Shown here: positions 1 to 7,429 of the stretch, piece by piece
Position numbering within the stretch: position 1 is the first letter of the stretch
Layout: each line of letters begins with the position of its first letter
Source: Candidatus Scalinduaceae bacterium
GTDB lineage: Bacteria > Planctomycetota > Brocadiia > Brocadiales > Scalinduaceae
Direction: 5' to 3'
Length of the DNA stretch: 53,937 nucleotides
NCBI GenBank assembly: GCA_046759445.1
Contig: JBHICG010000016.1
Location: 1-53,937 of the forward strand
The notes under the pieces: model-generated
The model's input: the letters and a program-made list of their open reading frames with translations, nothing else
Databases searched by the model: none
Told to the model about the DNA's origin: nothing
Made by a program: the position numbers and the translations under genes

Positions 1-100
1 CAGAGAGTAGTTTTAGGCAGAATTTCCTATCGCTAAGCAAGGATTGATTTGTATTAGAACCGGATCGAAGATCAGGCCTGATCAGAAATGATGGATAGAA

Positions 101-652
101 TCATTTGCTGTCCTTTTCTTTACGGAATCCAATCCGGCCTTTTGGTTTTTCTGGTTGCTCCAATAACTTCTTTATAGCATCAAAGACAATCTTAAACTGA
201 TAATTATATTTTCTTTCCATAGCTTCAATCTTTTGTTTTAGTTCCTTGTGGGTTAAAATCATTTCTCTGAGTTTAGTAAACGTTCTCATGATTTGGATGT
301 TTACTTGTATGGCTCTTTCGCTATTAAGAACACTTGAAAGCATAGCTACACCTTGTTCTGTGAATGCCATAGGCTTATACCTAAGACCCATTTTATCACC
401 TTTGGAGGTCACAAATTGTGACCTCCAATTTTCAAACTCTTTTGTTGTTAACTCAAACATAAAATCATCAGGAAATCGTTTGGCATTACGTTTTACTGCC
501 TGCTTGAGGGCTTTAGTTTGAACCCCATAAAGCGCAGCCCTGATCGCAGATCAGACATAATCCTTATCAAGAATTACCTTTTTACCTCTGATAAGCAATA
601 TCTTACCTTCTATTGTTTCCTGTGGTATTAGACCGGGTTTTGATTTTTTCAT
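101..652 (-). pseudogene. ORF6N-domain DNA-binding protein, interrupted by an in-frame stop inside a small hairpin insertion
   Basis: ATG at 652 reads MKKSKPGLIPQETIEGKILLIRGKKVILDKD-YV*SAIR-AALYGVQTKALKQAVKRNAKRFPDDFMFELT, continuing in frame into ORF 101..460 (FTEQGVAMLSSVLNS...RIGF, ORF6N signature). TGA at 553-551. Confidence 0.85.
540..560. repeat. 21-bp mini-hairpin element CTGATC-GCA-GATCAG-ACATAA
   Basis: Identical copy at 796-816; related hairpins at about 63-85 and 777-791. Confidence 0.85.
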
Positions 653-848
653 ATTAACCTATTTATACAAGTGAAATCTGTCCAAAAAACAAATGTCTGT
701 CCTTGATAAATAAGATGTCCCTGTTTGAAAGACGGCTCTGATGGATTGAATCATTTGTCCATATATTTGGTTGCCTCTGACCATAGGTCAGGCCTCTGAT
801 CGCAGATCAGACATAAGCATAATTCCAATCAGATATTTGGAATTGCCT

Positions 849-888
849 TTAACGGTCGCTGTCCCTATTTTGTAGTCCCTATTTTGTA
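849..888. repeat. Orphan RAYT-type end motif with tandem microduplication
   Basis: TTAACGGTCGCTGTCCCTATTTTGTA-GTCCCTATTTTGTA. Near-identical core at 51381-51412, and similar to the GCTGTCCCTA ends of the RAYT at 53127..53795. Confidence 0.6.
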
Positions 889-916
889 AAAAATAACATT
901 TGACTCGATAATAAAA

Positions 917-1168
917 TCAGCATAAATATATGGCCTTCTTTTCTTCCCTAGTTTGTTTCATTTCACGTACCATTTGAAGAGTAAGAATAGCTAAAACTAC
1001 TGTTGCAATGGAACCTAAAAGAGGAATAAGAACTGCAAAATAATTCTTAACATTAAAAAACAAATTATATCTGACCAGTAATGCAATAAGGAAATACAGA
1101 AAACCCAAAATTAATAGTAAATAAATAATAGATTTTACTACCAAGTAGAACTTATCAGGAAGTCTCAT
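917..1168 (-). CDS. Small hypothetical membrane protein (2 TM), possibly 3'-truncated
   Basis: 83-aa ORF with two hydrophobic segments, 3 bp downstream of the nuclease gene. Confidence 0.55.
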   Translation of the reverse strand: MRLPDKFYLVVKSIIYLLLILGFLYFLIALLVRYNLFFNVKNYFAVLIPLLGSIATVVLAILTLQMVREMKQTREEKKAIYLC

Positions 1169-1171
1169 TTT

Positions 1172-2098
1172 TTACCACTCTTCAACTTTAAGTAAAAGTT
1201 CGTGGAGCCAAAATCTACCCTTAATTGCTTGATCTGACTCATCGGATCTATGGCGGTGCCTAAGACATAGTTTGAATGTTTCTATGACTGGTTTCTTTGA
1301 ATTTACAACAAATAACCTACTTTGAAAATGAAAAAGATGCTCATACAATTTTTCTGTATAAGGTGGTTTTCCCATCACAAAATTTATATTATGTTTTGGA
1401 ATTAATTCATTAATCCTCAAACAAATTTTTTTAAACAAGTTTTCTATAGAATTGATATCATCCGTTGAATCTACAAGTAATATTGTAATATACGATCTTA
1501 AAAACTCGTCTCTTTTCAAAAGACTAATTATTTCTTTCTCATCAATGTTAGAAGGTTTCTTGGCCTTGCATTCAACATATATTAAGTTATTTTCTGATCT
1601 AGCCAGAACATCGTAATCACCACCATTAGGCGCCTCTACTATATGGACACCCCAATCAGAAGTGCAATAAAATTCCCTCTTGAATATTTCTGAAATATAC
1701 CATTCGAAATTTTCTCCAAATTCGGCTTCTCTTTTTTTTAGTGATAAATTACCATCTTGGTTATTAATAATAGCTCTAATTTCAACCAACTCTTTTAATA
1801 AATTATCTATTTTATCAGTACTCCATTTATCATATAACTCCTCTTTAGTAAACTTTGGTTTACTTGTACATATTTTCTTTAAGATTACCCTATTAGATAC
1901 ATCGTTCATCAATTTATAAAGCCTGTATTCCTGCTCCTCTTCAAAGATATCAATGTTTAACAATAACTTTTTGGAAAGACCTGTCTTATTACTCTTAAAA
2001 GTATAACCTCTCCTAATTAATGTTTTTTCAATGCTTCTATCATCTTCTAATATTCGGTCAAGTATTCTTTCTTTTTCAAGACGTTGAGAAATCTTCAT
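1172..2098 (-). CDS. PD-(D/E)XK-superfamily nuclease with a probable N-terminal winged-helix region
   Basis: FGENFEWY...GGDYDVLARSENNLIYVECK gives the E...D-x-ExK restriction-endonuclease motif; lies directly after hsdS. Confidence 0.7.
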   Translation of the reverse strand: MKISQRLEKERILDRILEDDRSIEKTLIRRGYTFKSNKTGLSKKLLLNIDIFEEEQEYRLYKLMNDVSNRVILKKICTSKPKFTKEELYDKWSTDKIDNLLKELVEIRAIINNQDGNLSLKKREAEFGENFEWYISEIFKREFYCTSDWGVHIVEAPNGGDYDVLARSENNLIYVECKAKKPSNIDEKEIISLLKRDEFLRSYITILLVDSTDDINSIENLFKKICLRINELIPKHNINFVMGKPPYTEKLYEHLFHFQSRLFVVNSKKPVIETFKLCLRHRHRSDESDQAIKGRFWLHELLLKVEEW

Positions 2099-2123
2099 GG
2101 CTTTTAAATTACACCCTCTCTTC

Positions 2124-3305
2124 CTAACTTACCAATTCTCCCCTGAATGCTTTTTGCATGAGGGAGTTGAAGAGGTTGTTCAGTTCTTTTTCAGATTCGC
2201 GCTGTTTTTCTTTTAGTTTTTCTACTTTTTGGACAAGGTCGGCGAATTTTTGTTGCTCCTTTATTGGAGGAATAGGTATTTCAATTTTAGCGAATTCTTT
2301 TGAACGAATTCCTTTTGCAGTGCTGCCGGTAGTTCTTTTAAAAACTTCACTCTTGATTTTATTAGACATTAAACAATAGACTAAATAGTCAGACATAATA
2401 GATTTCTTATTACATTGAAGCGCTATAATTCTTTGGGCAAGAGCTATTTTCTCCTTAACATTAAGCTTTGCAACATTACCTATAGGAGCTTCTGTAGTAA
2501 AAAGGACATCTCCGTCTTTTGGAAACCCTCTAGTCATCCAAGCTTCATATACTTCTTCTGATATATATTCTTTTGGCTCTTTAGAAATGTATCCTTCTCT
2601 AATATTTTTTGCAGTAATTAAAGGAATGCCTTCTAATGACTTCTGAGGTGTCTTTCCTCTGTAATCGATAAAATTTACAGCATCGCCAATCGCTTTTTTA
2701 TGGCATTCCTTTTTGCCAGATATATAAATATCAAATATTTCCGAAAATGTAGCTTTGAGAAATTCGTCAGTAAGGCGGTTGGCTTCTTTGCGTTTTTCTC
2801 TGGCAGATTCAGCTTTTTCAAGGATAGAGGCGATTTTGCGTTGGATTTTTATAGGTGGAATGGGAACTTTAACATTCGACAAATTGGTAGCATTTACACC
2901 TGGTAAAGTAGTTCCTGATGTTCTTGCTCCTAATTGAGCAAAGAACATATTTGATTTCAAAAAGAAACCTGCATAAAAAGGAATCAATTCTTTTCCTGGA
3001 CGAAAACGAATTAAATATGATGCGAATACTGCCCTTGGAGGAGTTTTAACAACTACAGATACACCAACAGAACCAGCTCTTGAAATTAAAATATCACCAT
3101 CTTTAAGGCGATATCGTTCTTCATCGATTGGAGGTTCTGCACAAAAAGGAACAGATTTCCAACAAATATCCCCATTAGAAATATCAGTTGTCCGAACAAA
3201 AAGTGGTCCTTGTCCATCAGGTTTTGCACTCGTTGTATAGCCGTATTCTGGTTTCTCGCAAACCTCGCTTAATTTTTTCCATTTCCAATCAACTTTTTGT
3301 TTCAT
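2124..3305 (-). CDS. hsdS: Type I restriction-modification specificity subunit
   Basis: Two TRD + conserved-helix repeats (VPIPPIKIQRKIA; IPIPPIKEQQKFA...LMQKAFRGEL); overlaps the end of hsdM. Confidence 0.95.
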   Translation of the reverse strand: MKQKVDWKWKKLSEVCEKPEYGYTTSAKPDGQGPLFVRTTDISNGDICWKSVPFCAEPPIDEERYRLKDGDILISRAGSVGVSVVVKTPPRAVFASYLIRFRPGKELIPFYAGFFLKSNMFFAQLGARTSGTTLPGVNATNLSNVKVPIPPIKIQRKIASILEKAESAREKRKEANRLTDEFLKATFSEIFDIYISGKKECHKKAIGDAVNFIDYRGKTPQKSLEGIPLITAKNIREGYISKEPKEYISEEVYEAWMTRGFPKDGDVLFTTEAPIGNVAKLNVKEKIALAQRIIALQCNKKSIMSDYLVYCLMSNKIKSEVFKRTTGSTAKGIRSKEFAKIEIPIPPIKEQQKFADLVQKVEKLKEKQRESEKELNNLFNSLMQKAFRGELVS

Positions 3306-4806
3306 TTTTAATTCTCTTTACATCTTTAATGATTTCATCCTCTATTGCCAAAAGTTCTTTCATTATCACTTCTGGCTTTTCATACTCCATTTCTTCATAC
3401 TCTATTGGCTTGTAGCGAGAAATGGATAGATCATAGTTATTATTTTTTATCTCATTATAATCAACCCACAGCCATTTATCTCCTTTTTTGGGTTGTTTGT
3501 TCTTATCTCTGTTTTTCCATTTTTCAATAATATCAGGTATGTCGTTCTGTTCGATTTTTGTACGCTTGTCGTCAAGGGAGTAACCGTCTGCCTCCATATT
3601 ATAGAACCAGACATTATCTGTCTTTTCTCCCTTGGTAAATACAAGTACTGCTGTTGATACACCCGCATAAGGTTTAAATACACCCGAAGGCATAGAGATA
3701 ACGGCTTCAAGTCCGCAATTGTCTAAGATAAGTTTTCGCGCATCAATGTGCGCATTGCTTGAACCAAAGAGAACGCCATCAGGTACAATTACACCACATC
3801 TTCCGCCGGGGATCAGCATGTTTACAAAAAGGTTTATGAATAGTAATTCTGTCTTGGGTTTTTTGCTCGATCCTGTAACGGTTAAGTCTTCGGCAACATC
3901 GGTCTTATCAACATTCCCCTTAAAAGGAGGATTGGCAAGGACAATATCATAGAGGTTTCTTTCTTTAAATCCCTTGGAGAGTGTATCGGCGTATCGTATT
4001 TTTGGATTTGCAATACCGTGTAAGACCATATTCATGAGACCAATTCGAACCATGGTGGTGTCAAAGTCATAACCGAAGAAAGATTTCTCCCAAAGAAATT
4101 TCCAGTGTTTTTTGTCAACTATCCTATCCGCAGTTAGATTATGTGGAGCGCCGTCTTCATCGTACGTAATATTTTCCGGGTCGGTATTTTCTTTCAGGAT
4201 ATGATTAAAAGAGCCAATCAAGAAACCGCTTGTGCCGCAGGCAGGATCGCAAATCCTGTTGCCTAATTTCGGGTCGACAAGTTCAACAATCATCCTGATG
4301 ATATGGCGGGGAGTGCGGAATTGCCCGTTCTTGCCTGACTGAGATATTTCACTCAACAGGTATTCATAGATATCTCCCTGGAGGTCAATGCCTTTTGAGG
4401 AAAGGTTTATCTCATCAAGTATCTTTACTGCCTCCTGAATAAGTGATGGTTTGGGGATAAGAAAGACGGCGTCCTTCATAGACTCGGAATAAAAATTATT
4501 TTCACCACTTAATTCTTTTATAAAGGTAAATACAATATCACGGACATGATTTAACATGGTTTCAGCATCAAAGTGCATCCAGTGTGACCAACGGCAGGTT
4601 TCTTTACCTTTGAATATTGAAGTATATTTCTGCTTTCTTCTTTCTGACGCCTTTCTCTGCTGGTTGTCCATATCTTCGAGACGTTTCATAAAGATGAGGT
4701 ATGAAATTTGTTCGATTGCGGAAAGGGGATTGGACATACCTCCGGAGTAAAACATATCCCAGAGTTTATCGATCTTGCTTTTTATTTCTGGATAAGCATT
4801 AAGCAT
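3289..4806 (-). CDS. hsdM: Type I restriction-modification N6-adenine methyltransferase
   Basis: GQFRTPRHII, motif I DPACGTSGFL, motif IV NPPF, VPDGVLF. Confidence 0.97.
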   Translation of the reverse strand: MLNAYPEIKSKIDKLWDMFYSGGMSNPLSAIEQISYLIFMKRLEDMDNQQRKASERRKQKYTSIFKGKETCRWSHWMHFDAETMLNHVRDIVFTFIKELSGENNFYSESMKDAVFLIPKPSLIQEAVKILDEINLSSKGIDLQGDIYEYLLSEISQSGKNGQFRTPRHIIRMIVELVDPKLGNRICDPACGTSGFLIGSFNHILKENTDPENITYDEDGAPHNLTADRIVDKKHWKFLWEKSFFGYDFDTTMVRIGLMNMVLHGIANPKIRYADTLSKGFKERNLYDIVLANPPFKGNVDKTDVAEDLTVTGSSKKPKTELLFINLFVNMLIPGGRCGVIVPDGVLFGSSNAHIDARKLILDNCGLEAVISMPSGVFKPYAGVSTAVLVFTKGEKTDNVWFYNMEADGYSLDDKRTKIEQNDIPDIIEKWKNRDKNKQPKKGDKWLWVDYNEIKNNNYDLSISRYKPIEYEEMEYEKPEVIMKELLAIEDEIIKDVKRIKNETKS

Positions 4807-4896
4807 AGAATTTAGCTCCTAACGTCGCTAACTTCTTGATTTTGCTTTGCAAAATAACATTTACTAAAATCTCTATGAAATATTTTTATTTTTTGG

Positions 4897-5456
4897 GCCT
4901 CCCCTTTATCCCCTCCTTGCGAAGGAGGATCGAAAAACTTTCATTTTACGACCTCCCCTTTGTCCCCTCCTTGAGAAGGAGGGGATTTAGGGGTGGTCTT
5001 TATAATTATATCTTGTATAACACCTTCTATGTTCTTTAGAATATCATTATTTGTATATCTTAATACTTTAATCCCTAAGGCTTCTATTACCTTCTGTCTT
5101 TGACTATCAGAAATAATCCGAGAATTATAGTAATGAACTCCACCATCGATTTCGACTGCCAATTTCAGTTCAGGACAATAAAAATCAACTGTGTAATTAT
5201 TAATCCCATATTGCCTTCTAAATTTTAAACCATTAATTTGTTTGCCCTTTAATTTTGCCCAAAGGTATATTTCCGCTTTTGTCATATTCTTTCGTAAATG
5301 ACGCCTTCTCTTTGTATATTCTCTTTTATTGAATATCTCTGTCATATTTGAAAGTCCTTATCTTACCTCCCCGTTCCCCTCCTTTACAAGGAGGGGATAA
5401 AGAGGTGGTATAGAAATAACATCCTACCGACTTCCTCCTTCGCAAGGAGGGGAGAC
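4897..5456. repeat. Four CCCCTCCTT-N3-AAGGAGGGG palindromes bracketing the first DUF559 gene
   Basis: Hairpins at about 4910-4929, 4963-4985, 5375-5397 and 5432-5453. Confidence 0.85.
4941..5345 (-). CDS. DUF559 / Vsr-like endonuclease
   Basis: LRKNMTKAEIYLW...KFRRQY...VDFYCPELKLAVEIDGGVH...LRYTNNDI. The C-terminus PKSPPSQGGDKGEV is encoded by the palindrome. Confidence 0.9.
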   Translation of the reverse strand: MTEIFNKREYTKRRRHLRKNMTKAEIYLWAKLKGKQINGLKFRRQYGINNYTVDFYCPELKLAVEIDGGVHYYNSRIISDSQRQKVIEALGIKVLRYTNNDILKNIEGVIQDIIIKTTPKSPPSQGGDKGEVVK

Positions 5457-5624
5457 CATTTTGCTTACGGCGTTATAGCACCTGAATGTATGTAGTGATA
5501 AGCCCATCAAGATGGAGGAGGTTACGTATTATAGTTTGTTTCCACAAAATATCCTGAATGACCACATTAAAATACCTATCCCTGTAATATTGTACTTACT
5601 TTTACTTACTTTTCCGCACTTATT

Positions 5625-5745
5625 AAGTAGGTAATATAATTGTGATATTACCTACATTAAACATAATTATACCTACTTATTTGATGTCTGTCAAGTAGGT
5701 ATTATAGAATTAATATTACCCACTTTACAGTTCTATTACCTACTT
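5625..5745. repeat. Six copies of AAGTAGGTAAT(AT) in both orientations (candidate operator array)
   Basis: Copies at 5625-5637 (+), 5645-5655 (-), 5669-5678 (-), 5693-5702 (+), 5713-5725 (-), 5734-5745 (-). Confidence 0.8.
5666..5694 (-). promoter_or_regulatory. Perfect-consensus sigma-70 promoter pointing towards DUF559-hsdM-hsdS
   Basis: Minus strand TTGACA-gacatcaaataagtagg (17 nt)-TATAAT. Confidence 0.8.
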
Positions 5746-6783
5746 TTTTTTAGCCCATACAGCACCCCTTCCCATGCTCGTGGAATGGATTATGCCGGCA
5801 TCGCGAAGCTCTCTTAAAATCTTCCTTATCATGTCTCTGCTTACGTCAGGGCAAATCCTCTCTATGTCGCTTATAGAGAAAGGCTTAACAAAGGTTTTTA
5901 TAGCTGATTTAACCTGTTCTGTCTTATAGCCTTTTCCCTTAAAGCGACCTACCCTTGTCTCAAACTCTTTATATGCGGCAATAAGAGTCCCATGAAAATA
6001 ATCTAACCACGGGAAAATATCGTGCCTTCCTTCATGCCATTTTTTGGAGGAAACTGCTAATGCATCATAATAACTGGATTTTGAATCTTCTGTTATCTTC
6101 TCCAGGCTGATATATTTTCCAACCTTATATCCCACCTGATACAAGAGTAATAATGTTAAAAGCCTTGAAATTCTTCCATTGCCATCAATAAAGGGATGAA
6201 TACTTGAAAAATCAAACACAAAAAGAGGGATAAGGATAAGAGGGTCAAATGATTCTTTAATTAAATAAGTTTTATATAAAGAAATCAATCTCTTCATATA
6301 AGAAGGAGTATCTTTTGCCGGTACGGGTTTAAATCTGAGAATTTTTTTGCCGCCGGGCATTACGTCCACGATTTCGTTATCTATTTTCTTCCAGAAACCT
6401 GATTTTACAGTTGTGTACCGATAAAGCATGGAGTGAAATTGTAAAACAACGTTTTCTGATAAAGGAATATCTTCATGGGATTGGTGAATGAGGTTTAAGA
6501 CGTCTCTATAACCGGCAATCTCCTGTTCTGGTCTGTTGCGGGGTGTTGCATTTGCCTTAACAATCATCTCAATTCTTTTATGAGGCGCTTTAACTCCTTC
6601 TATCCTGTTTGAAGATTCCGTGCTCTGAACTATAGCGCTTTCAAGCAGTTTCTCGAGGACATCAGGTGATTGCTTGTTATATAATTCTTCCTTACCCTTA
6701 TATTCTCCAATGGCTCGTAGGTTTGATAATACTTCATGTGGAAACCTTAATTTATTTAAATATTTTTTCTCAAATGATTTCAT
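5740..6783 (-). CDS. Fic-domain protein (AMPylase) with C-terminal winged helix
   Basis: Canonical HPFIDGNGRISR; N-terminal inhibitory SNRIEG motif; C-terminal SISDIERICPDVSRDMIRKILRELRDAG. Confidence 0.93.
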   Translation of the reverse strand: MKSFEKKYLNKLRFPHEVLSNLRAIGEYKGKEELYNKQSPDVLEKLLESAIVQSTESSNRIEGVKAPHKRIEMIVKANATPRNRPEQEIAGYRDVLNLIHQSHEDIPLSENVVLQFHSMLYRYTTVKSGFWKKIDNEIVDVMPGGKKILRFKPVPAKDTPSYMKRLISLYKTYLIKESFDPLILIPLFVFDFSSIHPFIDGNGRISRLLTLLLLYQVGYKVGKYISLEKITEDSKSSYYDALAVSSKKWHEGRHDIFPWLDYFHGTLIAAYKEFETRVGRFKGKGYKTEQVKSAIKTFVKPFSISDIERICPDVSRDMIRKILRELRDAGIIHSTSMGRGAVWAKKK

Positions 6784-6855
6784 TGTGTTTCTTTGTGCAG
6801 ACCGTTGGAAATCCCCGTTAGGTAATTAAGGCTTGGACTTTCTCGTAAAAAATTC

Positions 6856-7416
6856 CACACACCTCTAATTCTCCTCTTGATAGAGGAGACTTGCTTATCT
6901 CCCATCTAAAAAGAGGGGATCAAGGGGGGTGTATTATCTTTTTTTCATGATCTTCAATAAACAATTGAATTGCCTGTAAAACTCCTTCCGGATTTTCCAT
7001 AACATCCTCATCTCTGAATCTCAATACCGTTATCCCAAATTTCTTTAACCTTTCTTGTTTCAATTCATCCTTTTCTACAATTTCTTCAAATGTGTGGGTA
7101 TAGCCGTCCAACTCAATAGCAAGTTTTAATTTATTACAGAAAAAATCTACGATAGAGTTATCAATTGGTTTTTGCCGATGAAAATCATACCCCATCATTT
7201 TCTTGCCTTTTAAGCATTGCCATAGTTTTATTTCTGATTTCGTACTATTATTTCTCAATTTTCGTGCAAGTTCTTTGAGTCTTGGATGGTAATTTATCTT
7301 CATGGTATTTTTTTTACACACCCCCTCACCCCTCTTTTTAGAGGGGAGAAATACAGATAACCCATCTTGGTAGAGGGAGAAAAACACCCCTTTTATCCCC
7401 TCTTTCTAGAGGGGAA
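6856..7416. repeat. Five CCCCTCT-N4/5-AGAGGGG palindromes bracketing the second DUF559 gene
   Basis: Hairpins at about 6870-6889, 6900-6919, 7329-7346, 7361-7378 and 7396-7415, most with ACACCCC or GGGGTGT flanks. Confidence 0.85.
6920..7303 (-). CDS. DUF559 / Vsr-like endonuclease
   Basis: Start moved to ATG 7303 (MKINYHPRLKELARKLRNNSTKSEIKLW...FHRQKPI...VDFFC...IELDG); the ORF-track extension upstream is palindrome-derived. Confidence 0.9.
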   Translation of the reverse strand: MKINYHPRLKELARKLRNNSTKSEIKLWQCLKGKKMMGYDFHRQKPIDNSIVDFFCNKLKLAIELDGYTHTFEEIVEKDELKQERLKKFGITVLRFRDEDVMENPEGVLQAIQLFIEDHEKKIIHPP

Positions 7417-7429
7417 AATATGCACCAAC

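Noticed and set aside
551..553. Selenocysteine or read-through TGA in the ORF6N gene
   Set aside because: The TGA lies in an inserted hairpin that is also found in intergenic DNA, not at a conserved Cys position.
2124..3305. Invertible hsdS shufflon
   Set aside because: Single hsdS, no spare TRDs, no recombinase, and no long inverted repeats seen.
5625..5745. CRISPR array
   Set aside because: Repeats are 10-13 bp, in mixed orientation with irregular short spacing; no cas genes in the window.
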